From Octopus sinensis (Eukaryota), in the NCBI RefSeq assembly GCF_006345805.1, contig NC_043015.1:50282001-50346000 (forward strand): DNA of 64,000 bases, given 5' to 3'. The translations under genes and the position numbers were made by a program. Of this stretch, positions 24,890 through 39,492 are shown piece by piece. Numbering within the stretch: position 1 is the first letter of the stretch; every line of letters starts with the position of its first letter. The notes below the pieces were generated by a model. That model was given only the letters and a program-made list of their open reading frames with translations, was not told where the DNA came from and did not search any database.

Positions 24890-25635
24890 AAATCGCCCCC
24901 AGGACTTATTCTTCATAAGCCTGGTACTCATTCTATTGGTCTCATTTGCCAAACCACTAAGGTATGGGGATGTAAACACACCAACATCAGTTGTCAAAGC
25001 GATGGTGGGGCAACAAACACACACACACTCAGTTCCACTGCGTGGCACCTTGGGCAAGTGTCTTCTACTATAGCCTAGGGCTGACCAAAGTCTTGTGAGT
25101 GGATTTGGTAGACGGAAACTGAAAGAATCTCATTGTATATATGTATATATATATCATCATCATCATCATCGTTTAACGTCTGTTTTCTATGCTAGCACGG
25201 GTTGGACGGTTCGACCAGGGTCTGGAAAGCCAGGAGGCTGCACCAGGCTCGTCTGATCTGGCAGTATTTCTACAGCTGGATGCCCTTCCTAACGTCAACC
25301 ACTCCGTGAGGGTAGTGGGTGCTTTTTATGCGCCACTGGCACAGGTGCCAGGGGAGGCAGGCAGTGGCCACGATCGGTTGGTGCTTTTTACGTGCCACCA
25401 GCACGGAAGCCAATCAAGGCGGCACTGGTGTGTGTGTGTGTGTATCTGTGTTTGTCCCCCTAGCATTGCTTGACAACCGACGCTGGTGTGTTTACATCCC
25501 CCTAACTTAGCGGTCCAGCAAAAGAGACTGATGGAATAAGTACTAGGCTAACAAAGAATAAGTCCTGGGGGGTCGATTTGCTCGACTAAAGGGCGGTGCT
25601 CCAGCATGGCCACAGTCAAATGACTGAAACAAGTA
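24890..25635 (+). mobile_element. Inverted SINE A 3' half (24890-25028) joined to a forward SINE A (25030-25635) that contains a nested family C element (25155-25428)
   Basis: Family cores read directly. The family C insert lies in the TA/TG linker. Confidence 0.75.
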
Positions 25636-26287
25636 AAAAGAAAGAAGAGAGAGATAAGTGTTAGTGGTCGTAAGTTATGTAGGTCATAAGCCGAGGAGGA
25701 GAAGGTGTACAGGGAAATGGAATTGGCAAGCCATGTGAAAACGGTTAAAAACTTTGGGAAGCAAACAGTATACGTTGCCTTGAAGGTGTGAATCTGCGGA
25801 ACATGTTAGGCTTAGAGTTGATGCAAGAGACGTGTATTAATGGCAACGAACATGTTGAAAAGTAAACAAGGAACATAAAGGATATATTATAAGGTATCTC
25901 AGGAAGATAAAGGATGTACTGTACAGTAGCCAGGCAAGATAAAAGCAGGATTGAAAGAAAGCTGAGCAAGATAAAAGATGCATTGTAATGGCAGTCTGGC
26001 AAGATAAAAGCCGTGTACATGTCTGTGTGTGTGTGTGTGTGTCTGTATAGATACATACATATATTTATGCCTATATATATATATATATACATACATATAT
26101 TTATGCCTATATATATATACATACATATATTTATGCCTATCTATATATATATATACATACATATATTTATGCCTATAATATATATATATATATATGCCTA
26201 TATATATAGCTACATGTCTGTATGTGTGCCTGTATAGATACATAAATATATTATGCCTATATATATATATATATTATAATATATTAT

Positions 26288-26329
<42 letters not shown>

Positions 26330-27289
26330 TACATGTATGTGTGTGTGTTGTATAGATACAGACATAATTTATGCCTATATATATATATAGAAACATGTAT
26401 ATGTGTGTGTGTTTGTTTGATGAAAGACATATTATGAAGTAGCCTCATTATATATATATATATATATATATATATGATAGATAGATAGATAGATAGATAC
26501 ATGTGTGTGTGTGTTTGTGTTCATGAAAGACATATTATGAAATAGCCTCATAGTAGAGCATCATTTAATGGTCATCAGGGAATAAAAAGGCAAAGATCGT
26601 AGAGAGAAATTAATAGATTTAGTTGAATAGAATTTGGCTTCAAGAATCAAATTACAGAAGATACAAAGACAATCAGTTTTACAAACCAAACCAGCTTATG
26701 TTAACAAATCTTCTACCCCTAACAACAAGACTGATAATGATCTATGGAGAATATAGATGTTTTTTTTTTTTTTTTTTGTTTTTTGTTTTAAACTAAAAAT
26801 AAAAATAGTCTTAAATCCTACAGAAATAGAATCTTTTTGGGAAAAGAGAGCTTTTGATGTTTGCCTATGATTCCGGTTTCAGAAGATGAGGCAAGTTAAA
26901 AACACTGACATCTCTTTCATCTGCAGCGGAGGGACAATAACCTCATTGTTAACTTCACCGTAATAGATGAATGGTTAGCATGAAAAATTAGCAGCATCAA
27001 CTATGCAGAACAAGTGTGATGATTCTTACATCAATAGTCATGCATTTGATACAGAATAAACATGGAGATAATTCTCAGTATGAACGGCACTATGATGATA
27101 ATGATGATGGTGATGATGGCAATGGTAGCAGGAATGCCAGCAATATCTGTCCAATAAGTGAATCGCTTTTAGCACAGTCTTACTGAATCATTTCAAAGAT
27201 TCACAAATGTACTGGAAAACACACACACACACACATACACTTTCTGTCCTCCATCATGTTCCCTTTCTATATATTTATATGTGTGCATA

Positions 27290-27329
27290 TATCTATCTAT
27301 CCAACCATCCATCCATCTATCTATCCATC

Positions 27330-27413
<84 letters not shown>

Positions 27414-27680
27414 GTCTGTCTATCTATCTATCTATCTATATCTATCTATCTATCTGTCTATCTATCTATCTATCCATCATCTATCTATCTATCTAATCTA
27501 TCTATCTATCTATCCATCATCTATCTATCTATCTAATCTATCTATCCATCTATCCATCATTTCCCTCTCTCTGTCTCTGCCCCTCTCTCTCTCTCTATCT
27601 ATCTATCTCTCCATCTTTCTCTCTCTTTATCTCTCTATCTCTCTCCATCTATCTATCTATCTATCTATCTATCTACCTAC
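27290..27680. repeat. (CTAT)n/(CT)n array
   Basis: Direct reading. Confidence 0.95.
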
Positions 27681-27858
27681 CCAGTTCTGTTCCATTGACA
27701 ACATACCGAGAAGCATTTCTAAATTGCCCTTACAGAATTCAATAAATTTAAATTCTAAACTTATTTCCTATCAAAATATATTTCTATTGAAATTTTCCTG
27801 AGCCTTTTAAATACAGGTTAATATTTATTTATTTTTTTTATTAACACACACACGCACG

Positions 27859-27889
<31 letters not shown>

Positions 27890-28594
27890 ACACTCACACA
27901 AACACATCCACCTTCTGACATGAGTTACTGACAGGGAAATTGTATATAGCGGGACCATTTATAAGCCATATATTTCAAATTTTAGAATTTTAAATGCATT
28001 TCACGAATAGTACAGAAAATACTAACAATATACCTGCATTTAACAGACTGAAAATACCCCACTACACACATATTACACGAATTCACTGCATTTTGGATAA
28101 ATTGCTCAAAAACAGATGCCAGTAACCTTCAGTTAGTCTCATTATGTAACACCAAAGAAATTCTCAGAAAATAGTTGAAGTGAATCTTCTTAAAAATGCA
28201 TAAATAAATAAACAAACAGCTCTAGAATCTAAAATGTTTTACTATTTGATGTTTTTTAAAGATTTTTCTGAGAAACACGATTTTCCTTCCAAATAAACGA
28301 CTAATTTACATAATTATTTTAACTGAAGAAGCAATTTTGTTTTCGTTCCTTTCCTACGAAGTATCATTAAAAGTCACGCCAATCTTGAAAAGATGCGTCC
28401 CTATAAAATATTTTAACTGCCCGAGTGGAAAACTGTCAGCAATCTCAGAATATGCCTGCATAGAGACATACATACATTAACTAATTGCATACACACACAC
28501 ACGCACACTTGTTAGCCTTCTGAAGAAAAAGGTAGTGAATTTTCTTGAAGAATCTACTCAGGTGTCAAGATTTGTGCTACTCAATACTATCTTT

Positions 28595-29375
28595 TGCTCT
28601 TTTATTCTTTTACTAGTTTCAGTCATTTGACTGTGGTCATGCTGGAGCACCACATTTTAGTCGAGCAAATCAACCCCCAGGACTTATTCTTTGCAAGCCT
28701 TCTACTTATTCTATCGGTTCTCTTTTTACCAAACCGCTATGTTATGGGGATGTAAACACACCCGCATCACATGTCAAGTGATATTGGTGAGGACAAACAC
28801 AGACACACAAACATACACATATATATATACATATATATGACAGGCTTCTTTCAGTTTCCATCTACCAAATCCACTCACAAGATTTTGTTAATCACACTTG
28901 CCCAAGGTGCTGCGCAGTGGGACTGAACCTGGAACCATGTGGTTGGTAAGCAAGCAACTTACCACACAGCCACTACTCTTTTACTTGTTTCAGTCATTTG
29001 ACTGTGGTCATGCTGGAGCACCACATTTTAGTTGAGCAAATCAACCCTAGGACTTATTCTTTGTAAGCCTAGTACTTATTCTATCGGTCTCTTTTTGCCG
29101 AACTGCTGAGTTACAAGGATGTAAACACACCAACATCAGTTGTCAAGCGATAGCAGGGGGGGGGGGTCAAATACAGACACACAAACATATACAGAAATAT
29201 ATATATACAACAAGCTTCTTTTCAGTTTCTGTCTACTAAATTCACTTTCAAGGCTTTGGTTGGCCTGAGGCTATAGCAGAAGACACTTGCCCAAGGTGCC
29301 ATGCAGTGGGACTGAACCCGAAAACACGTGGTTGGTAAGCAAGCTTCTAACCACACACGCCACGCCTGCGCCTAT
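28595..29375 (-). mobile_element. Two head-to-tail SINE A copies
   Basis: Junction ccactactcttttacttg at about 28972. Both tails carry the private variant gtggtcatgctggagcaccacatttt. Confidence 0.85.
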
Positions 29376-29391
29376 ATATTTATGAGTAATA

Positions 29392-29610
29392 TTAGTTTCA
29401 AATTTTGGTACAAGGCCAGCAGCTTTAGGAGACAGGATACGTTGATTACATCAACCCCATTGTTCGACTGGTACTTAGTTTATCGACCTTGAAAGGATGA
29501 CAGACAGAGTCAACCATGGCAAAATTTAAACTCAGAATGCAAAGACAGACAAAAAGCTGCTAAGAATTTCACCTGGTGTGATAATAATTCTGTCAGTTCA
29601 CCGTCTTACA
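29392..29610 (-). mobile_element. SINE family B
   Basis: Family B core gaaaggatgacagacagagtcaacc...aaactcagaa. Confidence 0.7.
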
Positions 29611-29619
29611 TTTATAAGT

Positions 29620-29919
29620 AACTATCAGTATTGCCCGGCGTTGCTTGGGTTTGTAAGGGAAATAACTATATAAGCATTTACTTCCCTTATATAACTCGAG
29701 CAAAAATCATTAAAAATGCGGAAAAATGATGGTAAATTTTTTTTAAAATCGTAGACTCATCGTAGACACGCGCTAATACCCAGAAGGGCTCGATATGAAT
29801 GACGACTATAAGATACCCGCTTTTGGTTAAACTGCACTGCAAAATGTGGGAGTAGTTAGGAATCTAAACCGGAGGAGACAGAGTCTCACACACACAACTT
29901 CAATTTTATATATAAAGAT
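29620..29919 (+). mobile_element. Helitron/Helentron-like non-autonomous element
   Basis: Start aactatcagtattgcccggcgttgcttggg and end cacacacaacttcaattttatatataaagat resemble DINE-1/HINE termini (from recall). Confidence 0.55.
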
Positions 29920-30294
29920 ATTGCCTCAGTATTACACTTGTCAACATAATATGCATTATTATAGCAACCATTCACCGATCATTTGAAACAGCTGTAAAGA
30001 CAAGACCAGCTTACATCATGTAAATTTTATAAGCAACCTTTCATATGAATACATACTTCACACCTATATTGTTTGCCCATCATGCTTATTTTATATACAA
30101 ATACAAACACACACACACCAACACACATATATATATATACATAACAAAATAAAATTGGAAGGTACTGCATGAGTGAAAATATATAGAGAAGAAGATTTGA
30201 AAATGCAGATGTTTATTGACTTGACTGGTTTCACTTATTGTTTTTTTAAAGATTTTCAAAAGTAAAGTGCAAAGCTTTGTGTATGCATCATCAT

Positions 30295-30660
30295 ATCATC
30301 ATCATCATCATCATCATTTAGCGTCCGTTTTCCATGCTAGCATGGGTTGGACGGTTCTACTGGGGTCTGTGAAGCCAGAAGGCTTCATCAGGCTCAGTCA
30401 AATCTGGCAGTGTTTCTACGGCTGGATGCCCTTCCTAACGCCAACCACTCGTGAGTGTAGTGGGTGCTTTTTTACGTGCCACCCGCACTGGGCCAGACAG
30501 AGCTGGCAAACGCCCACGAAAGGATGGTGCTTTTTATGTGCCACCGGCACGAGGGCCAGGCGAGGCTGGCAACGGACACGAAACGGGGCGGTGCTGGCAA
30601 CGGTCGCGAAACGGAAAGTTCTCTTACATGCCACCGGCACTGGTAACACATCTGCAATTT
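30295..30660 (-). mobile_element. Family C element (GAT tail) with three internal units of about 62 bp
   Basis: (cat)n-tttagcgtccgttttccatgctagcatgggttggacgg...ggatgcccttcctaacgccaacca followed by gtgctttttacgtgccacc repeats. Confidence 0.8.
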
Positions 30661-30949
30661 CCATTGATCGATTTCCATTGATCGATTTCGATGTACATAT
30701 ATATACAAATACAAGACTGGAGATGAAGAAAAACGGTTGGTCATTCCCCTAAAATCCTTATAGACAATTATGATTTCTGATGAACTTTTGACAAAACAAT
30801 ACACGCTTTCTCCTGTCAAATACTGTCTACAAATTCTTTCTGTATATATGCTTATAACCAATTATAATTTCTGATGAACTTAAAAACAATTATGAAATTA
30901 TTTTACTGCCTTTTTTGAACACTTTTATGTAAACTGTTAAAACACAAAG

Positions 30950-31208
30950 CCTCTTTTACTTGTTTCAGTCATTTGACTGTGGCCATGCTGGAGCACCCCC
31001 TTTAGTTGAACAAATCGACCCCAGGACTTATTCTTTGTAAGCCTAGTACTTATTCTATCAGTCTCTTTTGCCGAACCACGAAGTTATGCAGATGTAAACA
31101 CACCAGCATCGGTTGTCAAGCAATGCTGGGAGGATAAACACAGATGCACAAACATATACACACACATACATTCATACATATATATATATACATACATACA
31201 TACATACA

Positions 31209-31240
<32 letters not shown>

Positions 31241-31510
31241 ATATATATATATATATATATATGATTTTTTGATTTTGATTTTTCCAGTTTCAGCTCATGA
31301 GCTGTGGCCATGCTGGGGCACCGCAATTTCAAATATGTACATATATACGACGGGCTTCTTTCAGTTTCCGTCTACCAAATCCACTCACAATGCTTTGGTT
31401 GGCCTGAGGCTATAGCAGAAAACACTTGCCCAAGGTGCCATGCAGTGGGAATGAACCCGGATCCATGTGGTTGGTAAGCAAGCTACTTACCACACAGCCA
31501 CTTCTGTGCC
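30950..31510 (-). mobile_element. SINE family A with a CR1 3'-tip (31263-31327) in its TA linker
   Basis: The insert is the reverse complement of gcggtgccccagcatggccacagctcatgagctgaaactggaaaaatcaaaatc, matching the CR1 end at 16683-16745. Confidence 0.8.
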
Positions 31511-32295
31511 TCTCTTAACATTTTCTTATCATTGTCGAAGACTCTATAACTGTATTTTAATACATCGATGTTAACTAATTTTTAACACCGCAAAGGCTAC
31601 ACAAAGCTTTGCTCTTTACTTTTGAAAATCCTTTTCAAAAAAAAAAAAGTGAAAATAGTCAAGTAAATAAACATCTTTAAAAAGACCTCTCCATTTTCAG
31701 ATCCTCTTCCTTATATCTATATCTGCACCTATATCTATCTACCTATCTATATATAAATATATTTACAATGCTGAAGACAGCAAGTAAGCAAAAACTTTGA
31801 AGTTACTGTCAGTCATTGTCAACTTCTTCCTAGTAGAAATAAACACGGTACTCTACTTAAAAGTATTGAGTGGTTCTTTTGTGCCATAAAAAAATTGGAA
31901 CTAAAAAAAAAATATGATAAATGTGTGTAAGTGAATTTAACAGTCTTGTGGTGTTTGGCATGGCTGGCAAGTGCCTTCCATGCTTGTAGTCATCATAGTT
32001 CCGCATATGGCCTCAAAACTTAACACTTGCCAAGCAACTTCGTTTGAACTTCAATTTAATGCTTGATTGTTCTTTTGTATCATATTTTAGATTTAAAACA
32101 GCCCTCAGGAATATTATATATATGTATATGTGTGCATGTATGTATGTATGTGTGTGTATGTATGTATGTGTGTGTATGTATGTATGTGTATATATATATA
32201 AAAGAAGTTTGAAAACGCCACTATATAAGATAAATTTTAATTTTCTTAGAGATTTTACATGTTTCAGTTCTTCTTGAAGTATGCCACCTACACTT

Positions 32296-32327
<32 letters not shown>

Positions 32328-32511
32328 TTATATAGAGCGGTCTTGCCCTTTGAATATACACGTATTAGAATTTTCTGATTTTTCAGATTTTTGTATGCTA
32401 GGCTACTGGTTTTAAATTGATGTTAATTAAATAATATTAATTTATCTCCCTCATTATTTAAATATTTAAAATTTTTATATATAAATATGTTGACATTGTT
32501 GACCTCGTAAA

Positions 32512-32611
32512 NNNNNNNNNNNNNNNNNNNNNNNNNNNNNNNNNNNNNNNNNNNNNNNNNNNNNNNNNNNNNNNNNNNNNNNNNNNNNNNNNNNNNNNNN
32601 NNNNNNNNNNN
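32512..32611. other. Assembly gap (100 N)
   Basis: Run of exactly 100 N. The true size is unknown. Confidence 0.99.
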
Positions 32612-32805
32612 ATGTGATCTCAAATTTTAAAACAAACATAGTTTTCTTATGTTTTCTTCAATATTCTCTAGAACAACACCATGTACAAAACCAAATATAT
32701 GTCACCCTAAGCATAACACTGACATGAACTTCTGACTTGTTGTCTCTTGAGATCTCTGGGCGAGACTTAGAGACAGCTTGTACAAATACAAAGCAAAAGT
32801 CAAAC

Positions 32806-32844
<39 letters not shown>

Positions 32845-32845
<1 letters not shown>

Positions 32846-33058
32846 CCTTTCTACTAAAGGCACAAGGCCTGAAATTTGGGAGGAGGCGACAAGTTGATTA
32901 CTTGGCCCCACCCCTGTTTCACTCGTGCTTAACTTTTCAACCCTGAAAGGATGAAAGGCAAAGTAGACCTCAGTGGAATTTGAACTCAGAGTGTGGCAAC
33001 AGGCAAAATACTGTTAAGCATATCGTCCAGTGCGTCAACGATTCTGCCAGCCTGCTGC
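32845..33058 (-). mobile_element. SINE family B between (AAT)n and (GAT/GAG)n tracts
   Basis: Family B core and head aacgattctgccagc. Confidence 0.75.
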
Positions 33059-33728
33059 CTTGATGATGATGATGATGATGATGATGATGAGGATGATGAT
33101 AATGATAATGATGATGATGATAATAATGATGATGATGATGATGAGGATGATGATGATGATGATGAGGAGGAGGAGGAGGAGGATAATGATGATGAACTCT
33201 CCTGTCAAAGACAACGTATGAGTGGTTAGCTTTTGCCGAATGACCTGTACAAATGATCTGTTTATAGTGACCATATGTTCATGTCACACCTTAGCTCACT
33301 CTCTCCATCAAATCAACACTGCCTGAAAAGGTGCACGATGTAATTGACTTAATCCCTTTGTCTGTCCTTGTTTGTCCCCTCCTTGTGGGCAATAAAGAAA
33401 TATATATATATAGCAGTGTATACTTATTGGATATAGTAATTTACATATTAAACGCATTCCTGGAAGCAGTGTTGATTTATTAAAACCATTTAATATATTT
33501 TATTGTATATTATGGTTGCATAATGAAATACCATGAACAAACAAGTCATTAGTATCAATTGAATAATCCCCAGTATATGACTGGTAAATACTGCTTTTAG
33601 AGAAATAAAAACTAAGCTGCTCTCAGCAAGATTTGAACTTGCGAAGTAGAGAAACAAATTCAAATTTAGGTAGGTATTCTGCTGTTCTAACTATGCCACT
33701 GTCAAAGTGTGTACGAGAAGAAAATATT

Positions 33729-34361
33729 CTTTTCTACTCTAGGCATAAAGCCAGAAATTTTTAGGGAGATTGGGGCCAGTCGATAAGATTGACCCCAGTA
33801 TGCAACTAGTACTTAATTTATTGACCCCGAAAGGATGAAAGGCAAAGTCAACCTCAGTGGAATTTGAACTCAGAAAATAAAGACAGACGAAATACCTATT
33901 TCTTTACTACCCACGTGGGGCTAAACACAGAGAGGACAAACAAAGACAGACAAACGGTTTAAGTCGATTATATCGACCCCAGTGCATAACTGGTACTTAT
34001 TTAATCGACCCCGAAAGGATGAAAGGCAAAGTCGACCTCGGTGGAATTTGAACTCAGAACATAGCGGCATACGAAATACTGCTAAGCATTTCGCCCGGCA
34101 TGCTAATGTTTCTGCCAGCTCACCGCCTATTGTTTATGGACAATAATCTTTTCTACTCTAGGTACAAGGCCCGAAATTTTTGGAGAGGGGGCCAGTCAAT
34201 TAGATCGACTCCAGTATGCAACTAGTACTTAGTTTATCAACCCCGAAAAGGATGAAAGACAAAGTCGACCTGGGTGGAATTTGAACTCAGAATGTAAAGA
34301 CAGACAAAATACCACTATGCATTTCACCCAGCATGCTAACATTTCTGCCAGCTTGCCACCT
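33729..34361 (-). mobile_element. SINE B trimer (monomer, 17-nt spacer, dimer) within one 17-bp direct repeat
   Basis: tacgagaagaaaatatt occurs identically at 33712-33728 and 34362-34378. Confidence 0.8.
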
Positions 34362-34884
34362 TACGAGAAGAAAATATTAACACCAACATATGTTTGTGGA
34401 ATCATATATTAACAAATGTCTGGTATTTTTTTTTTTTTTGGTCTTAACTAAATATATTCTTCAGGAATGTTCCCCGATAGAAAATAGGAAATAATTGAGT
34501 TTCCATTTTAAACTGAAAACATTCAAACGAGAAAGTTTCTAGAGGTTATTTTTAAGTTGAATATTGGAAAAACAATTTAATATCATTCACAAAATGAAAA
34601 CTTACAAGATTAATAAAGACATATATTCTGTAGGTTCATTACTGAAATTGAAAATCAATATCTTCTATTGAGGTCTATGATAATATATATATGTGTTCTT
34701 ATTCATTTGGAATTGGTCGACTATAGAAGTATATAGACACGGTAGTACAACGCCTCGGGTTTCTTTAACTCTATGTATCTACTATGTATCTACTGTCTAA
34801 TCACGAACCTTGTTGTTCTGAGTTCAAATCTTGCTTAGATTTACTTCTATCTTCAACAATTCTTTTTCATTTCACTCAAAGAAT

Positions 34885-35215
34885 ATTCGTTTCTACTCTA
34901 GGCACAAGGCCCGAAATTTTGGGGGAGGGAGCCAGTCGATTAGATTGACTCCAGTATGCAACTGGTACTTAATTTATCGACCCCCGAAAGAATGAAAGGC
35001 AAAGTTGACCTCAGCAAAATTTGAACTCAGAACGTAAAGACAGACGCAATACCTATTTCTTTACTACCCACTAGGGGCTAAACACAGAGGGGACAAACAA
35101 AGACAGACAAACAGAGTAAGTAGATTATATCGACCCCAGTGCATAACTGATACTTAATTTATCAACCCCAAAAGGACGAAAAGCAAAGTCAACCACGACA
35201 GAATTTGAACTCAGA
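34885..35215 (-). mobile_element. SINE B dimer, 5'-truncated
   Basis: Same internal junction gaaatacc|tatttctttactaccca as at 33895 and 57835. Confidence 0.8.
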
Positions 35216-35319
35216 ACATCATTACCACCACCACCATCATCATCATCACCATCATCACCACCATCATCATCACAATCACCATCACCACCACCATCACCAC
35301 CACCACCATCACCATCATC

Positions 35320-35560
35320 ATCATCATTTAATGTTCATTTTCCATGCTGGCATGTGTTGGATGGTTTGTCAGTTCCTGGCAAGGCCAGGGGCCACACCGA
35401 CTTCTGTACATCTGTTTCGGCATGGTTTCATTGACTGGATGCCCTTCATAATGCCAACCACTTTGCACGATGTATTGGGTGGTTTTTATGTAGTGTCAGC
35501 ATGGGTACCTTTTCCATGACACCAGCAGAGATGCTGTTTATGTGGTACCAGTGTAAGAAA
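35320..35560 (-). mobile_element. Family C element after a (CAT/CAC)n tract
   Basis: tttaatgttcattttccatgctggcatg...ctggatgcccttcataatgccaacca. Confidence 0.65.
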
Positions 35561-36275
35561 TTTAATACACACATGCACCAACACAAATACATAGATGGCC
35601 CTCTAGTGTTGGCGCCATGATAAAGTATGTCTAGTGCACTGAAATGGTTGGTGCGAGGAAGGGCATTCAGCCTTAGAAATCATGCTAAAAATTAGGAGTG
35701 CATGAATTAGATGTGGTTCCCAATTCATCTCGGAGAAAACACTGACCCCGCGAATAAGAACTGACTCATACAGTGATGATCTGACCAACCCATTCTGCAT
35801 GAAGAAGTTGATGGTAATGGAGGTGGTGATGGTGGTGACGACGGGGGAAAAATAATGATAGTGATGATGATGATGATGATGATAATGATGATGATGAAGA
35901 AGAAGAAGAAGAAGATATATTCAATAACATTCTTCACCTTTTAAAAGATGCTAATATTGATGTTGGTAAGACTTTCTTCAGGCTTCCAGAGACTTCCAAT
36001 ACCAAAATTATATTGGAAAGAGAGAAGAAAAGGGATGAGACGAAATGGAAAAGCCAAAAGAGGCAAATATTGTTAAATGGATCTCCAATTTCTCTGACCA
36101 AACCTAAAGAACCAATATTTCTTTATTAACAAACTAAAATCACTAATGAAATAAACACAAATAACACAAATAAATAAACCTATTCGTTTTTGTTTTTTTT
36201 TTCAGAACGTAATGCCACAAGCTTCTTTTTCTTTTACATCTGATAAAAATTTTTTAAAAGCATTGAAAAAACACA

Positions 36276-36310
<35 letters not shown>

Positions 36311-37624
36311 CACACACAAATTACTTCAAATTTGCAGGTATTGATGGACAATGTGTCAACATGGAATAATTCAACAGTTTTATAGCCTTAAAGAAAAATT
36401 TTAATACATACAAATATTTTGTAATTTAATTACAATACAAAACAAACTTCCTTCTTTGTGTAATTCATATGATAAAAACGAAAATAAACCCCCAAAAAAG
36501 CTGAACAGACAAAACTAAACTATATTTGAGAATATTTCAATGAAAGTTGAGTTTTTCACTAAATATAAAGCTTTTGTGGAAATTTGGAAATATAATTCTG
36601 TGTGTGTGCGGCTCAGATCCTGCTCACAGGAACCTTGGCTATTTGATTTACTATATCCATTTCTGAAGGCTGTCAATACAGTCAATATTTTATACACACT
36701 GCTGTGGTGTACCAGAAGGTCTTCTCTTAAACATTGTACTCCATTAACGTCATAAGTAAATGGGACACGAGAGTGCGGGGGTGGGGGGTTGGAATTGCTA
36801 AAGATTTGAAAATAAAATACAGATATAAAACAACAAAGTAATGTTTTGTTTTATTTTATTTCATTTCATTTTTTTTTGTTTTCCCCCTCTCCAGAAATAT
36901 CCTAAGATATGGAAATATATGTTAATATTTACACAGCAGTTACAGAAACCTTTTAACACTCCAAGAGGATGCTGGGAAATAAGTAGTGGACAGTTTGTAA
37001 TTCTTGGTTGATGCTATTAAACATCATTTCTGCTAGTAATGCTTTTAGGGAAAGCATGAACATCACAGTCTCCTATTTCTCTTTCCTAACACACACACAC
37101 ACACAACACATGTACACAAACACATGCAGACACCACACACACTCACGTACACACCACACACACACACATGCATACAAACACATGCACATCAGACACACAA
37201 GCACACACCACACACATACACACCACACACACACACACTATACACTATACACCACACACACACATGCATACAAACACATGCACATCAGACACACATGCAC
37301 ACACCACACACACACAAATACATGCACACCACATACATAGACACACCACACACACATACACACACACCACACACACATACACACCACACAAACACACACA
37401 CTATACACCACACACACACACACACATACACACCACACACACACAAATACCACACACACCAGACACAGACCACACATACATACACAACACACACCACACA
37501 CAGACACACACCACACCACACATACACACAATACACCACACACAGACACACACCAAACACACACACACACATGAGATAATTGGTCAAGTATGTAACAAGA
37601 AAAGAAGTATATTCCTGTTTCAAT

Positions 37625-37980
37625 ATTGAAACAGGTCATCTGTCTTTAAGTAATGAGTTCAAATTCCGCCAAGGTCGACTTTATCTTTGGTCCTTTCAGG
37701 GTCGATGAATTAAGTACCAGTTGCATACTGGGGTCGATCTAATCGACTGGCTCCCATCCCCAAAACTTTTGGGCCTTGTGTCTAGAGTAGAAAAGAATAT
37801 CAGTGAAACAGGTTGTCAGGTTTTTACTTTCTGAGTTCAAATTCCGCCGAGGTCAACTTTGCCTTTGATCCTTTTGGGGTCGATAAATTAAGTACCAGTT
37901 GCATACTGGGGTCGATGTAATCGACTGGCTCCCTACCCCCAAAACTTTTGGGCCATGTGTCTAGAGTAGAAAAGAATGTC
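37625..37980 (+). mobile_element. Two tandem headless SINE B units (period about 178 bp)
   Basis: Both end caaaacttttgggcc(t/a)tgtgtctagagtagaaaagaat and are preceded by tgaaacagg. Confidence 0.8.
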
Positions 37981-38022
37981 ATTGAAATAGGAATATACTT
38001 TTTATACACACACGCATACACA

Positions 38023-38057
<35 letters not shown>

Positions 38058-39119
38058 ACACACGGAACTTTTACACTTTTCATCTGCCAAATTCACCCAC
38101 AAGCCATTTGCCAGGGCAAAGCTATAATAGAAGGCAGATCCTTGCATGAGGTGCTGTGTAGTAGGACTGACCCTGGAACCACTTAGACGAGCCATGAAGA
38201 TCTTAACCAGGGGCCTTAATTTCATTTCACTTTCAGTTAACTTAAGATGTAAGCTTCCAGCTTTGCAGCCTGGTTTTGGTTCCCGGCGACAGTGATTCCA
38301 CTTCATTTTCAACTAATTTAACAAAGGTGTTAGCTTTCACTGAACCAGCTCTATGACCTGGTTTTGATTCCCAGTGGTAGTAATTTCGCATCATTTTTTG
38401 CATAATTCATCAGGAAACACATGAATATTACACTATCTCATTTCTCCTTCCACACAAGGTAAAAAAAAATGAGAGAAGCCTTTTATTTTATATAACAAAT
38501 GAATGATTTATGAAGAAGAAGAAGAAGAAGAAGAAGAAGAAGAAGAAGAAGAGAAGAAGAAGAAGAAGAAGAAGAAGAAGAAGAAGAAGAAGAAAAGAAG
38601 AAGAAGAAGAAGAAGAAGAAAATAAAACAAAATGGAAAGTGAGAGATCAGTATGATTGAAACAAACCATTATTAAGAAAAAAAAAGTATTCAGATAAAAC
38701 TGTTTCATTTAAACAAAGAAGAAAAATAGAAAGAAAGAAGAATGCACTAAGGTAAATAGCAACAGTAACAACAAGTAAACGAATGAATGAGTGAGGGGGG
38801 GGGAGGAAGAGAATAAAAAAAAAAGGAAATCAATCTTTCGAATGAAATACTGCCAGACTTCAGAATTGGAAATTCAGAAGAGAAAATGGATATATGGCGA
38901 TTATTGTATCTGGAGAGAGAGATTAAGAGAAGGAGAGAGAGCTACAAAGGAAATAAATAAAGAAAGAAAAATATAAATATATAAATGAATAAAATAAAGC
39001 ACAATAAAACATGCCCCAAGACACAAAAAAAAAGGTAAGATGAAAAATTGTTTAAAGAGAAACCCTTTTTCCAGTGACAGGAGTGGAAAATCAAATAAAT
39101 AAATAAATAAATAAATAAA

Positions 39120-39138
39120 CAACACTAACAACAACAAC

Positions 39139-39197
<59 letters not shown>

Positions 39198-39210
39198 CAT
39201 AATAATAATA

Positions 39211-39246
<36 letters not shown>

Positions 39247-39297
39247 GAGTAGTAAATAATAATAGTAATAATAATAATAATGACAATAATAATAATA

Positions 39298-39383
<86 letters not shown>

Positions 39384-39449
39384 TAATAATAATAATAATA
39401 ATAATAATAATTGTAAATAATAATAATAATAATAATAATAATAATTGTA

Positions 39450-39492
<43 letters not shown>

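Noticed and set aside
36895-37011. Plus-strand acceptor followed by a 38-codon open frame (KYPKIWKY...)
   Set aside because: The peptide is unrecognisable and no partner exons were found. It could be chance in T-rich DNA.
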